Origin: an uncultured virus (IMG/VR IMGVR_UViG_3300046329_000127)
Taxonomy: Duplodnaviria > Heunggongvirae > Uroviricota > Caudoviricetes
Direction: 5' to 3' (one strand)
Length of the DNA stretch: 64,000 bases
IMG/VR virus record: IMGVR_UViG_3300046329_000127
The first letter of the stretch is position 1; each line of letters opens with the position of its first letter. Made by a program: the position numbers and the translations under genes. A model generated the notes under the pieces. The model saw nothing but the letters and a program-made list of their open reading frames with translations, ran no database searches and was not told the origin of the DNA. Positions 1 through 8,957 of the stretch are shown here, one piece after another.

Positions 1-116
1 GAGTATGGCTAAAAGGCGTAAAGCGAGAAGATAAAATCAAAAAAGCACCAGACTTTAATTAAAGTCTGGTGCTTTTTTGATTTTATCTTCTCGCTTTACG
101 CCTTTTAGCCATACTC
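1..116. repeat. Perfect 116-bp palindrome reaching the window edge (axis 58/59)
   Basis: 1-58 is the exact reverse complement of 59-116, including the last 34 nt of the nuclease CDS. Confidence 0.95.
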
Positions 117-616
117 TCTCGAAACTCCCAAGGTGTTTGAACGCACCATTTACGATTACTCCACCTTCCAACTTTTTTCTTTTTTGCGTCTGATTGGGCG
201 CGGTAATATTCTAGTTGCATCTCTTTTGAGATTTGCTTAACGTAGCGATCGTCAATGATCGCGTGACCAGCTTTTAACATCTCTAAATTTATGTTAGTGC
301 CACGATGATAGACCGTGCCAACATAGCGCCCATAGGATTGATTTGCAGTAAAGACAATATTTATTTTTGTACTAATTGGAAGCAAAGTATAAAGATATTT
401 TTTTGCTTCCTTACCACCTGCTTGACTTAATTCATTAGCATCGATTACATGATATCTGATGCTAATTTTTTTACCATTTTTGTCAGTGACAGTAGTTGTG
501 TCACCATCATGGTGTTTCACGACCGTGAACGGTTCACGGTCGTGACTTGATGCCCATGATAACAATGCGACAGAAGCCGCCGCTATGAAGGCTCCTATGA
601 TAATTTGATTACTCAT
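83..616 (-). CDS. Thermonuclease (SNase-like) with N-terminal signal/anchor
   Basis: HDGDT, IRYHVIDANE, YGRYVGTVY and NINLEMLKAGHA motifs; hydrophobic N-terminus. Confidence 0.85.
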   Translation of the reverse strand: MSNQIIIGAFIAAASVALLSWASSHDREPFTVVKHHDGDTTTVTDKNGKKISIRYHVIDANELSQAGGKEAKKYLYTLLPISTKINIVFTANQSYGRYVGTVYHRGTNINLEMLKAGHAIIDDRYVKQISKEMQLEYYRAQSDAKKKKVGRWSNRKWCVQTPWEFRESMAKRRKARR

Positions 617-2127
617 CTTTTATGGATAGGGGTAAACTGAAATTCGACAGGATCAGCCGAGCCGCGCTTTAGGTATCCGTGACCTTTACCGCGCAATCCT
701 TTTGTGATTGTTTCCACTGACAAGCCAAATTCATTTGCAGGGAAGCGAGCGCTTTCGGGTGATTGCAATTTAAGCAGTATTTTTGTCGCGACTTGACTGA
801 TTGTGTCAGGTGAAAAGTGATCAAGATTCTGCGAACCAAGGCACATCATTAATCCATATTTACGAAGCTCACAAGCATAAATATCAATGATTCCTTTTCG
901 ACTTGTAGTCTTGGACGTAAATTTATGAGCTTCGTCAATAAATACTGCAAAGCGATACCTTTCTGCATCAGTACAATTGACTGGGATATGACCTTTTGAA
1001 GTAAGCGCACAGCCAATTTTGCGTAGCAATGTATCAACAACAATGAACTGAATGTCTTCAGTTAATGCTGATACATCAACTCGATGTGATTGGCTCAGCA
1101 ATGAGTCAATATCAATGCGTGAGGGCTTTGAAAATACAGGATGGTTAAATACACTTTTGACAACACCAAGGGCGCTAGCAGCGTCTTTGTTTGCTTCCAT
1201 TAATGTAATAACATCCGCAAAAGTTGGCGGCGCAAAAAGCCATGTATTAACATCTTGATCGCTAATACCTTTCTCTTCGTAAGCTTCAAAAAGGAATTTT
1301 TCGATATTAAGTTTTTGCTTATGTCCAATGGCAGAATTAAAGGCACAAATTGACTCAATCAATTTTTGAACCTGTGGGAATACACCGCCATTTACTGAAT
1401 CGAGCGAGTCTAGCTCTAGCGGATTAATTCCGTACTGGCAAGAAGCTGTATGGCTAAGAGCTAAGGCTTTAGCTGAGTCGAGAGTAATGTCACCATGAAA
1501 GTCAATGATAAGGCTAGGAATGCCATAGGAGTGAACATCATGGGCGATCGCTTTGAGTGATTCTGTTTTGCCACTGCCAGACGCTCCAATCACTAATGCA
1601 AATCCATTTGTTTCTTGGTTGGGAATCCATCGCAACGGATTTTTTTTGTTGTCTTCGCCCAGCAAGATTTGTAATTGCTTACCAAGTTTTATTGTTGGCA
1701 CTTCAACAACTAAATCGGCGATCGCGCCATGTGGCACAACCTCTTGAAGTTTGCACCAAGTCAGATAATGTGGCGGTACATCAGCAGGATTTGTTTTGTA
1801 CCATAGCTTAATTAGCTCTTTGACAATCAATTCTTGATCGTCTTGAGTCATTCCTTTTAATGACTCATGCAAACTTTTGCTGTTACTTTTTTTCTTAGCG
1901 GCAAAGGCTTCTTCAATCTCTCGCGGTACTTCTAAAATCCAATAAAGAGGGAAAGCTTGTGGCTCTTCTTGGATTGACTTAAGCAAGGAATCATGCAATT
2001 TTTTTAGCGTTGCTTCATTTTTTGCGGCGGCGATCGCATCCCACCATTCCTGAGAAAATGCCCAAAAACAATTTTGATACAAAGCTTCTAACGCTGCTTT
2101 ATATTTTGGCTTAAACCAATTAATCAT
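613..2127 (-). CDS. HerA/FtsK/VirB4-like P-loop ATPase
   Basis: Walker A GASGSGKT, IIDFHGD, Walker B VFIDEAH, LRKYGL..SQ motif. Confidence 0.85.
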   Translation of the reverse strand: MINWFKPKYKAALEALYQNCFWAFSQEWWDAIAAAKNEATLKKLHDSLLKSIQEEPQAFPLYWILEVPREIEEAFAAKKKSNSKSLHESLKGMTQDDQELIVKELIKLWYKTNPADVPPHYLTWCKLQEVVPHGAIADLVVEVPTIKLGKQLQILLGEDNKKNPLRWIPNQETNGFALVIGASGSGKTESLKAIAHDVHSYGIPSLIIDFHGDITLDSAKALALSHTASCQYGINPLELDSLDSVNGGVFPQVQKLIESICAFNSAIGHKQKLNIEKFLFEAYEEKGISDQDVNTWLFAPPTFADVITLMEANKDAASALGVVKSVFNHPVFSKPSRIDIDSLLSQSHRVDVSALTEDIQFIVVDTLLRKIGCALTSKGHIPVNCTDAERYRFAVFIDEAHKFTSKTTSRKGIIDIYACELRKYGLMMCLGSQNLDHFSPDTISQVATKILLKLQSPESARFPANEFGLSVETITKGLRGKGHGYLKRGSADPVEFQFTPIHKR

Positions 2128-2486
2128 TTTGTTACCATCGCTTGAAAAATATTAAAGTAAAAAGTATGGGCGATCAATGCCAAAACAGCCCAATGATTCG
2201 TTTTGCTGAGTATTGTGTTATTGGCACTAAGGTTTTTGAATAAGCCAAATAACACAAACCCACACAACCCGAACATCCCAAAAGTTTTTATGGGTGCTCC
2301 AAAAATAAAAGACGCGGATAATGCAGAAAAACCTGCACTCATTAGCCAAAAGGGTATCCAGATTTTTTGAGCGAAAGAAACAATACTCATATTTGCTCCA
2401 CTTCTAACACTAAAACTAGAACTAGTGTTAGAAGTGTCAGGCGGTTTACTTGCCATGTTAATACCCTCTAACAACGGGTACATCAC
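2124..2486 (-). CDS. Membrane protein (about 3 TM segments)
   Basis: Hydrophobic stretches; overlaps ATPase start. Confidence 0.65.
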   Translation of the reverse strand: MMYPLLEGINMASKPPDTSNTSSSFSVRSGANMSIVSFAQKIWIPFWLMSAGFSALSASFIFGAPIKTFGMFGLCGFVLFGLFKNLSANNTILSKTNHWAVLALIAHTFYFNIFQAMVTK

Positions 2487-3000
2487 GCTGAGGACGCGAT
2501 GACTGAGTAGGAAGTGATGATATAAACAACGCGGCGATCGCTATCACAAAGCAACCTAAAATAAAAACGGCAGTGGGATCGCAAGCTGCAAACCAACCGC
2601 CTCCGCTACTTTTGCTACTAGCCGCGTGTACAGCACTTTGCTGGGCGCTATTAATGCCAGCCGTAAAGTTAGCATTAATAGCATTTTGATTAGCGTGGCG
2701 CTCGGTTGCCACTGCCTCTGCAATCATTACGCGGGTTTCAAGTGCCGCGATTTTTTGATCTTGCCCATCGAGTCTTGATGTGATTTGATGAATTTGAATG
2801 CCATAGCTTGACAGTTTGCTTTCGCATTCAAAGATACGGTAATCGCTGACTGCAAAATATTCTTTGCAAGTCGCTAGAATGTCTGAAGGTGGAGACACAG
2901 CCAACTCTTCTTTTACCCATTCTAAGTTGGCTGGGGTTTGCAATTGCGCGGGGATTACCTTTATAATCTCCGCTTCGATTACTGCAAAATTACTAGTCAT
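2458..3000 (-). CDS. Coiled-coil protein with C-terminal TM segment
   Basis: Heptad-like middle, hydrophobic C-terminus, coupled to neighbours. Confidence 0.65.
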   Translation of the reverse strand: MTSNFAVIEAEIIKVIPAQLQTPANLEWVKEELAVSPPSDILATCKEYFAVSDYRIFECESKLSSYGIQIHQITSRLDGQDQKIAALETRVMIAEAVATERHANQNAINANFTAGINSAQQSAVHAASSKSSGGGWFAACDPTAVFILGCFVIAIAALFISSLPTQSSRPQRDVPVVRGY

Positions 3001-3248
3001 TTTAAGCTTGCCTCGCAGTCTGCTACTGCATCGTTTAGTCTTTTTGGATTTAATGTTTTGGGGTCAACACTAAATCGGCATTTTTTAGCGCGTTGCAACA
3101 ACTCATCACGCGCTACGCTCTCTTTAGCACTGACTGATAGCGGCGTTAACCCAAACAACTCAGGATGTTTGTGGAATGCCTTTGTTGCGGGTAACAAGAC
3201 TAATGGCAATGCCAAACATCCTATTACCCATATTGCAATTTCTTTCAT
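2997..3248 (-). CDS. Small signal-anchored protein
   Basis: N-terminal hydrophobic helix; operon-like overlap. Confidence 0.6.
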   Translation of the reverse strand: MKEIAIWVIGCLALPLVLLPATKAFHKHPELFGLTPLSVSAKESVARDELLQRAKKCRFSVDPKTLNPKRLNDAVADCEASLK

Positions 3249-3250
3249 GG

Positions 3251-3397
3251 TTAATCACGACTGCAAATTGCAAAACAAAACATTGTGAAAGCACAAAATC
3301 CAATGGCGATCATAATCATCATTCCATCATCCATTTCGCCTTGCTTAATCGGCTGATTATCAATGAGTGAGGGGAGTCCAACCGATTCTTTACTCAT
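3251..3397 (-). CDS. 48-aa membrane peptide (not in ORF track)
   Basis: MSKESVGLPS...MMIMIAIGFCAFTMFCFAICSRD fills the gap in the operon. Confidence 0.5.
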   Translation of the reverse strand: MSKESVGLPSLIDNQPIKQGEMDDGMMIMIAIGFCAFTMFCFAICSRD

Positions 3398-3836
3398 CAT
3401 CACCATCCAGTTGATCTAGCCAATCACTGGCTTTTGGGTAAATCACGACTTCCGAACTTGCTAACTGCAAAGGAGTTTGCGTGGGACGCAAAATATTGGC
3501 AGTCTTCTTAGCAGCACGAAGACTTAAGTCTTGGTAATCAATCGACTCAAAGAAAGCAACATTATTCTGACTTGCTGCTAACCTCGCATTGAAATAAAGG
3601 GTTTTATCTTCAGCGTCTTGATCCGCGATCGCCTTTGCAATAATCGCTTGTCGGTTCGATTGCAAAGCCAGTTGTGCCTCTGAAATCGATGCATTTAGCC
3701 CATTGTCATGGGCTTTAGCTTTAGCCTTAGCTTTAGGCTTAGCAGCCTTAGCGTTGTCTACAATTTCTTGAGCGGTCGTCATCTCTTCACCTTGAACTTT
3801 AAATAAAGCAGAATTGCTTCTGCATGTAATTGACAA
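3390..3836 (-). CDS. Hypothetical protein (start probably about 3782, MTTAQ)
   Basis: Fits the operon; KAKA low-complexity stretch. Confidence 0.6.
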   Translation of the reverse strand: MSITCRSNSALFKVQGEEMTTAQEIVDNAKAAKPKAKAKAKAHDNGLNASISEAQLALQSNRQAIIAKAIADQDAEDKTLYFNARLAASQNNVAFFESIDYQDLSLRAAKKTANILRPTQTPLQLASSEVVIYPKASDWLDQLDGDDE

Positions 3837-4048
3837 AAATAGAACGCGTTACCAATCATGGCTTCAGGCTCTAAATCAAGGGCTTTGATCGCCCTTTGGA
3901 TAGTTCGAGTGCTTACGGCTTCCGTAGGACAGCACAGCTCGATAATTTTGCTAATTGACTTGACTGAGTACAAAGACAGATCGGGTAATTCGATACAACC
4001 TTTTACGTCTAGGTCAACCAGTTTTTCTTTTAAATTTGCTGATTTCAT
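3779..4048 (-). CDS. Small HTH-like DNA-binding protein
   Basis: VSTRTIQRAIKAL helix; first gene of the operon. Confidence 0.5.
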   Translation of the reverse strand: MKSANLKEKLVDLDVKGCIELPDLSLYSVKSISKIIELCCPTEAVSTRTIQRAIKALDLEPEAMIGNAFYFCQLHAEAILLYLKFKVKR

Positions 4049-4098
4049 GTCGCGACAATATCGTGACTTATTTTTTTTGTCGCGACAATATCGCGACT
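4048..4098. promoter_or_regulatory. Two direct repeats TGTCGCGACAATATCG(T/C)GACT, each with palindrome TGTCGCGACA; putative operators
   Basis: 4048-4068 and 4078-4098, between divergent genes. Confidence 0.6.
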
Positions 4099-4178
4099 AC
4101 AAATTAGCATACAATCTGTATGCGATAGTGTCAATACGTTTGTATGCTAATTTGTAGTCAGTTTTTTTAATAATTAGT

Positions 4179-4394
4179 ATGACAAAAGCAAGACCGCGCA
4201 CGATAAGGCTTGACAAAGATATTGACAAAGCTTTAGACGTTTATGTCGAAAAGTTAAAAAAGTTGGATAGCAGCGCAACTTATAACAGTGTGATAAATGA
4301 ATTTTGTAGCGATCGCCTGATTCTTGGTACGCCATCCATAATTGATCGTCTCCAAAGTTTGGAGGCGAAAATCGCAAAAATAGATGCCGCTTAA
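4179..4394 (+). CDS. Ribbon-helix-helix (CopG-like) regulator
   Basis: RPRTIRLDKDIDKAL pattern; C-terminal coiled coil. Confidence 0.6.
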   Translation: MTKARPRTIRLDKDIDKALDVYVEKLKKLDSSATYNSVINEFCSDRLILGTPSIIDRLQSLEAKIAKIDAA

Positions 4395-4512
4395 AATCTT
4401 GCTTTGCATCACAATCGCTGCCTTGTTGTGGGAGTGCAATGTCTGCCTACTCATAGCTTTGTCATTCATTTTAATTAAATACTTGACAACATTGTTATCA
4501 AGTACTTATTAA
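4384..4512 (+). CDS. 42-aa hydrophobic peptide, copy 1
   Basis: MPLKILLCITIAALLWECNV..., paralog of 4714-4842. Confidence 0.55.
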   Translation: MPLKILLCITIAALLWECNVCLLIALSFILIKYLTTLLSSTY

Positions 4513-4724
4513 TGGCTAATCCGTATATTGGTTTTAGGTGTCCGCAAGATGTTTATGACGCGCTAGAAAATTATCTAAAGGTAACAGGGAAAGAAAAAAC
4601 AGAATACATACTTGAGTTAATCCGCAATAATTTGAACATAAAAAAAGACCTCAACCTTGCAGAGAAAGTTGAGGATCTTGATCTGCGAGTTGCCAAAATA
4701 GAGAGGCGACTAGATGCTGGTTAA
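4512..4724 (+). CDS. Ribbon-helix-helix regulator, copy 2
   Basis: YIGFRCPQDVYDALENY pattern; C-terminal coiled coil. Confidence 0.65.
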   Translation: MANPYIGFRCPQDVYDALENYLKVTGKEKTEYILELIRNNLNIKKDLNLAEKVEDLDLRVAKIERRLDAG

Positions 4725-4842
4725 AATATTGCTTTGCATAGCGATCGCCGCTTTGCTATGGGAAGCAAATATATATTGGCTGTTGTTAGCAATGGTGATC
4801 GGCGGTGCTGAATTGTATTTGGTATTTGAGGATCATAGATAG
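4714..4842 (+). CDS. 42-aa hydrophobic peptide, copy 2
   Basis: MLVKILLCIAIAALLWEANI... Confidence 0.55.
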   Translation: MLVKILLCIAIAALLWEANIYWLLLAMVIGGAELYLVFEDHR

Positions 4843-5000
4843 CGATCGCCCCGCAAAGTGCTTAAAAGCAAACCTGATTTCAGGAGTAGCGATCGCCTAA
4901 ACCCTTGCAACACATAGAAAAAGCGCTTAAAAGCTAATCCCAGTTTCAATAATTGGTAATAAATGGCACAATAAGGGAAAAGCGATACAGGTGAGCTGTT

Positions 5001-6860
5001 TTGGTTAGATGGGGCGCATTATTAGAGTATGAAGCGATCGCGCAAGATCTCTTGCAGTCTCAAGAACTTGAGAATCTTGAGCATTGCCTATTCGATCCCG
5101 AAAAAGGATTTAAACCAACGGGAAGAGGGCAAAATCAATTCTTTTCATGGTTCCCACTGCAAGAAGAAAAGCCCGAAATGTTGCCCCCGCGCTGGTGCGC
5201 GGCAATCGGGGGGATTGGCTGCATTGCTGGCGAGACTGAAATCAATGGGATTCCAGTAAAATATCTAACGCGAGCGCCTATTAGGGTACAAACACTAATA
5301 GGCGACACTTGGGCTACCCCTGCCTTTGTTAAAGGGCAAGCAAATCTTTACCGTGTGACCCTACGATCAGGGAAATTGGTTTTAGCAACTAAAGAGCATA
5401 AGTTTTTAGGGAGGACGGGCTGGACTAAGCTTCAGGATTTGTCTACTGGTTCACCTACATATTGCAGCGATCGCGTAGACGGGAATTATTGGGATGTAAT
5501 TGAGGCGATTGAGTATGTTAGATATGATGATTTTTATGATCTTCATGTACCACAAGGAAACCATTATTTAGCTAATGGGATTTGGCATCACAATAGCGGG
5601 AAAACTCATAGTGGCGCAATTTGGACAATATTACAATCTTTTTGGTGCGCCGATGTCTGTCAAGGCTTAATAGTTTCCAACAGTTTTCAGCAGCTTTGGA
5701 AGTCAACCCTAGTCGGATTGTTTAAAGCTTGTATCGAATACAACATCCCTGTTGATCCGTGGTATGGCTCCATCGAGCTAACAGCAGTAAAGATCGCCAA
5801 TTCACAGAATAGATATTTTTATCTTGGGGAAGACCGTATGCTGTGGCACGTTTTAAGTATTTCGGCATACTTGGGTAAGTCACAAACAGGGCGGGGGGCA
5901 GAGTTTCAGAGAATATGGATTGATGAAGGAGCTTATTCGCCAGAATCAGCGTTTCAGGTGGTTGATGGTCGGATGCGAAGCTCAAACGGTGAGAAATGTC
6001 AGGGCATTATCACCACTTCACCCAATGGCTTTAATTGGCTGTATTACCGATTTGGAGATCCCGCAAGAACAGAGGAGATCAAAAACTTCTACTGGATGCT
6101 CAATTTCTTGAGTTTGGAGAATACTCACTTAGATGAGTCCTATGTCGCGGGTCTTAAAGCAAATTACACCGATGAGATGGCACAGCAGGAGCTTGAAGGG
6201 GCGTTCGTTGATGCTGCTAATGGCAAGATTTATAAGTACTTTAGTCGCAATAATCATACTTTAATTGGTGAGGATGCAGAGGCGATCGCCTATGATCGCA
6301 ACCTACCACTGCACATTGCATTCGACTTCAACGCCGCCCCATGTGTTGCAGTATTGGCACAGAAACGAGCGAACGAACTCCATGTATTCAAAGAGTTCTT
6401 TATGCTCGATGCTGACCTATGGGAGTTAATTGTCGATATTCGCGACTTTATCAAGGATGGCAAGCCTAATAATTTGGATATACATCTATACGGTGACGCT
6501 TCAGGCAGAGCCAAGAGCGCTGTTTCCAAGATGTCGGCATGGCAGATCATTTTTGATGAGTTGAAGCCATTGGGTATGAATATACATAAACATATTCCAG
6601 ACGCAAACCCACCAGTTCGCCATCGGACTCACGCAGTCAATCTAATCTTTAAGAATAATCGCTGTTTCCTTGCGATGGATGCTGTACCAGAATTGACTAA
6701 GGACTTGGAGCAGTTAAGTTGGGATCGGGACATGGGTATCGATAAATCTGATTCACTGCGATCGCACCTCTCTGATGCTTTCGGTTACATGGTTTACCAA
6801 ATGTTCGTTCCCAAGCAAGTCGCACATCACTCGCAGCGATCGCTACCAAGTATTATTTAG
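5001..6860 (+). CDS. terL: Terminase large subunit containing an intein
   Basis: Walker A GGIG/SGKT split by intein, IWIDEG, TTSPNG, AFDFN, YGDASG, SHLSDAFGY nuclease motifs. Confidence 0.92.
   Translation: MVRWGALLEYEAIAQDLLQSQELENLEHCLFDPEKGFKPTGRGQNQFFSWFPLQEEKPEMLPPRWCAAIGGIGCIAGETEINGIPVKYLTRAPIRVQTLIGDTWATPAFVKGQANLYRVTLRSGKLVLATKEHKFLGRTGWTKLQDLSTGSPTYCSDRVDGNYWDVIEAIEYVRYDDFYDLHVPQGNHYLANGIWHHNSGKTHSGAIWTILQSFWCADVCQGLIVSNSFQQLWKSTLVGLFKACIEYNIPVDPWYGSIELTAVKIANSQNRYFYLGEDRMLWHVLSISAYLGKSQTGRGAEFQRIWIDEGAYSPESAFQVVDGRMRSSNGEKCQGIITTSPNGFNWLYYRFGDPARTEEIKNFYWMLNFLSLENTHLDESYVAGLKANYTDEMAQQELEGAFVDAANGKIYKYFSRNNHTLIGEDAEAIAYDRNLPLHIAFDFNAAPCVAVLAQKRANELHVFKEFFMLDADLWELIVDIRDFIKDGKPNNLDIHLYGDASGRAKSAVSKMSAWQIIFDELKPLGMNIHKHIPDANPPVRHRTHAVNLIFKNNRCFLAMDAVPELTKDLEQLSWDRDMGIDKSDSLRSHLSDAFGYMVYQMFVPKQVAHHSQRSLPSII
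5220..5594 (+). mobile_element. Mini-intein (125 aa, no homing endonuclease)
   Basis: Starts with Cys (CIAGET), block B ATKEH, FYDLHV..HYLANGIWHHN followed by Ser+1. Confidence 0.9.
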
Positions 6861-7063
6861 GAAAGTAAAGGAGATCATTTTTTGGCATTATTTAAGTTGG
6901 AATTGCCCAATCAATGATCCTGATTAGCGATTTCACCTAATATGCCAAATCAACCACCGCGATCGCTACGTCAATCACCACAAAACAAATGCGTATTTTG
7001 CGGATGTCGATTACATCTGAAGCCGAGGGCGATCGCGGGTCGGGGTGCGAGTAAAATAAAACG

Positions 7064-7273
7064 ATGAGCGATGAACCGACAGTAGGCTTAGGCGGCGCTA
7101 ACTTCAATGCAGATCCCATTGGTGCGAGAGAGTTGCTATATCCGATCGCCGTGGTATTGAGAGGCGATCGCCTCTCTCAGTACGAAGCTTTGCAAAAGAA
7201 ATTAGGGCTATGCGATCGGGAGATACTGCTACGATTCCACCCATGTTTCATAAGTATTTTGAAGCAGCGATGA
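7064..7273 (+). CDS. Stand-alone paralog of the C-terminal domain of the ParB protein at 16817
   Basis: YPIAVVL...YEALQKKLGL...LLRFHPCF aligns with YPLNVSL...YEALKEKLKL...MLKYHPAF. Confidence 0.65.
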   Translation: MSDEPTVGLGGANFNADPIGARELLYPIAVVLRGDRLSQYEALQKKLGLCDREILLRFHPCFISILKQR

Positions 7274-7500
7274 CGATGACGATATGAAGAAGAAACGGAT
7301 GCGCGATCGCCTCAAAAAGATGAAAGGCAAAATCCCCACTGGCTCAATGACTGTCTCTGATGTCAAACCAAAAGCTATGAAAGATAACAGGTGATTTACT
7401 CTTACGGTGTACGGCGCGATCGGCACTATACAAGAAATTATCACTTACCGAAAATCGTAATTTGTGCAATAATCGTAGTAACAAAATTTTGGGTAAAACC

Positions 7501-8895
7501 ATGCTTGACTTCCTAAACGAAGTACTACTAATTGAGGACTTAGAGCCTGATTTTACCCAGATGGGTATTAGCGGCAAGTCTGGCGCGAAGATGAAAGCCC
7601 CTGACGGCGGCAAGGCATCAATGAAGGGTGATTTTAACGCACTGCATCCTAGATATCCAAAGGGACACCCACAGGGCGGGAAGTTCATGCCCAAAGGTTC
7701 TAAGGATCAGATTCAGGCTGTTGCCAAGAATAAAGGTGTTTCTACCGAACAAGCTGCTGCGATGGTTGGCGGTAAGGCTAACGCAAACAAAGGTAAGCTT
7801 GGCAAGTTCTCTGGCAGTGCGGGTGCTGTTGGTAAGGCTCAAAAGGTTCTCAAGGATAAAGATGCTACTCCTGAGCAACGGGCTAAGGCTAAGGCAAGCA
7901 TCAATAAAGCCGCGATGAAGATGCGCGGTGATACTCCTATGGCTTCTACTGGTAAGGCTGTCCCTACTCCTACTGGATCGATGACTAGCTCTAATAGGCT
8001 AACTGGAATGTCTCGGATGGAGGCACTGAGAGACACTAAGCTGGCTTCATACAAGGCTTCTGAAGCTGGCACGACTGGTAAAACTAGAGGCAAGATTATC
8101 AGCAACTTGGCTAAGTCGGAATCAGCGAGAACCAAGGCTACGCCCGATCAAGTCGAATCTCAACGCGAGAAGATGGCAGCTAAAGCCAACTACAAGCGAT
8201 CGCAGAAAGGGAAGGGCGGCGAGTTCAAGCCCAAAACACAGGTAGCTGAATCTCCCAAAGTTAGCTCCAGAGAGATGGCGGGTTTGACAGGCAGCGCAAA
8301 GGCTAAAGGTGTAACCAAAGGCATCAACCTCAACAAAATGAAGAAAGATGCTCAAGGGCGCAAAAACGCTGATATGTTTGACCTTTCTGCCCCGAAAGTA
8401 GAAGTCAAGAATCCCAAAGCATTTGAACTTTCCACCCCAGAAGGTAAGAAGAAGTTTAATTTAACCAAGATGACTAAACAAGAAATCTTGAACGAACTAA
8501 GACCTAATTCTGGTGCTGGTGGGGTAAGTAAGGTTAAGGGGCTTGGCTCTTACCTTCAAAGCGAAGCGGGTTCCACTGGTAAAACTAGATCAAAGGTTGT
8601 TAGTAATCTGTTTAAATCAGAAACGGCTCGGACTCAAAAGCCAAATCAAGATCAACGTGAGAAGATGATGGCTGAAGCTCGTTATAAACAGTCGCAGAAA
8701 GGGAATGGTGGCACTCTCAAGCCATCTAGGACTGTATCAACCTATGTCCCTACTAAGAAGGATAAACTTGACTTTGTTCGCGACAACGCACAAATCACTC
8801 GCAAAGCGAAAGCTAAGGGAGTAAACAAGAGCGTCAATAAAACCAGTAAGTTGAAGCTCGATAGAACCATGAAGATGTTTGACTTCAAGTTCTAA
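7501..8895 (+). CDS. Lys-rich basic protein with acidic leader, HPRYPKG motif and internal repeats
   Basis: ATG at 7501 (MLDFLNEVLLIEDLEPDFTQMG); K/G/A-rich; duplicated SEAG.TGKTR...QREKM block. Confidence 0.8.
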   Translation: MLDFLNEVLLIEDLEPDFTQMGISGKSGAKMKAPDGGKASMKGDFNALHPRYPKGHPQGGKFMPKGSKDQIQAVAKNKGVSTEQAAAMVGGKANANKGKLGKFSGSAGAVGKAQKVLKDKDATPEQRAKAKASINKAAMKMRGDTPMASTGKAVPTPTGSMTSSNRLTGMSRMEALRDTKLASYKASEAGTTGKTRGKIISNLAKSESARTKATPDQVESQREKMAAKANYKRSQKGKGGEFKPKTQVAESPKVSSREMAGLTGSAKAKGVTKGINLNKMKKDAQGRKNADMFDLSAPKVEVKNPKAFELSTPEGKKKFNLTKMTKQEILNELRPNSGAGGVSKVKGLGSYLQSEAGSTGKTRSKVVSNLFKSETARTQKPNQDQREKMMAEARYKQSQKGNGGTLKPSRTVSTYVPTKKDKLDFVRDNAQITRKAKAKGVNKSVNKTSKLKLDRTMKMFDFKF

Positions 8896-8957
8896 TCCTA
8901 GTTCCCGCTTACTAAAATCAGCAATAATAGGCTTAGTCCCGTTATTGCTGATTTTTT

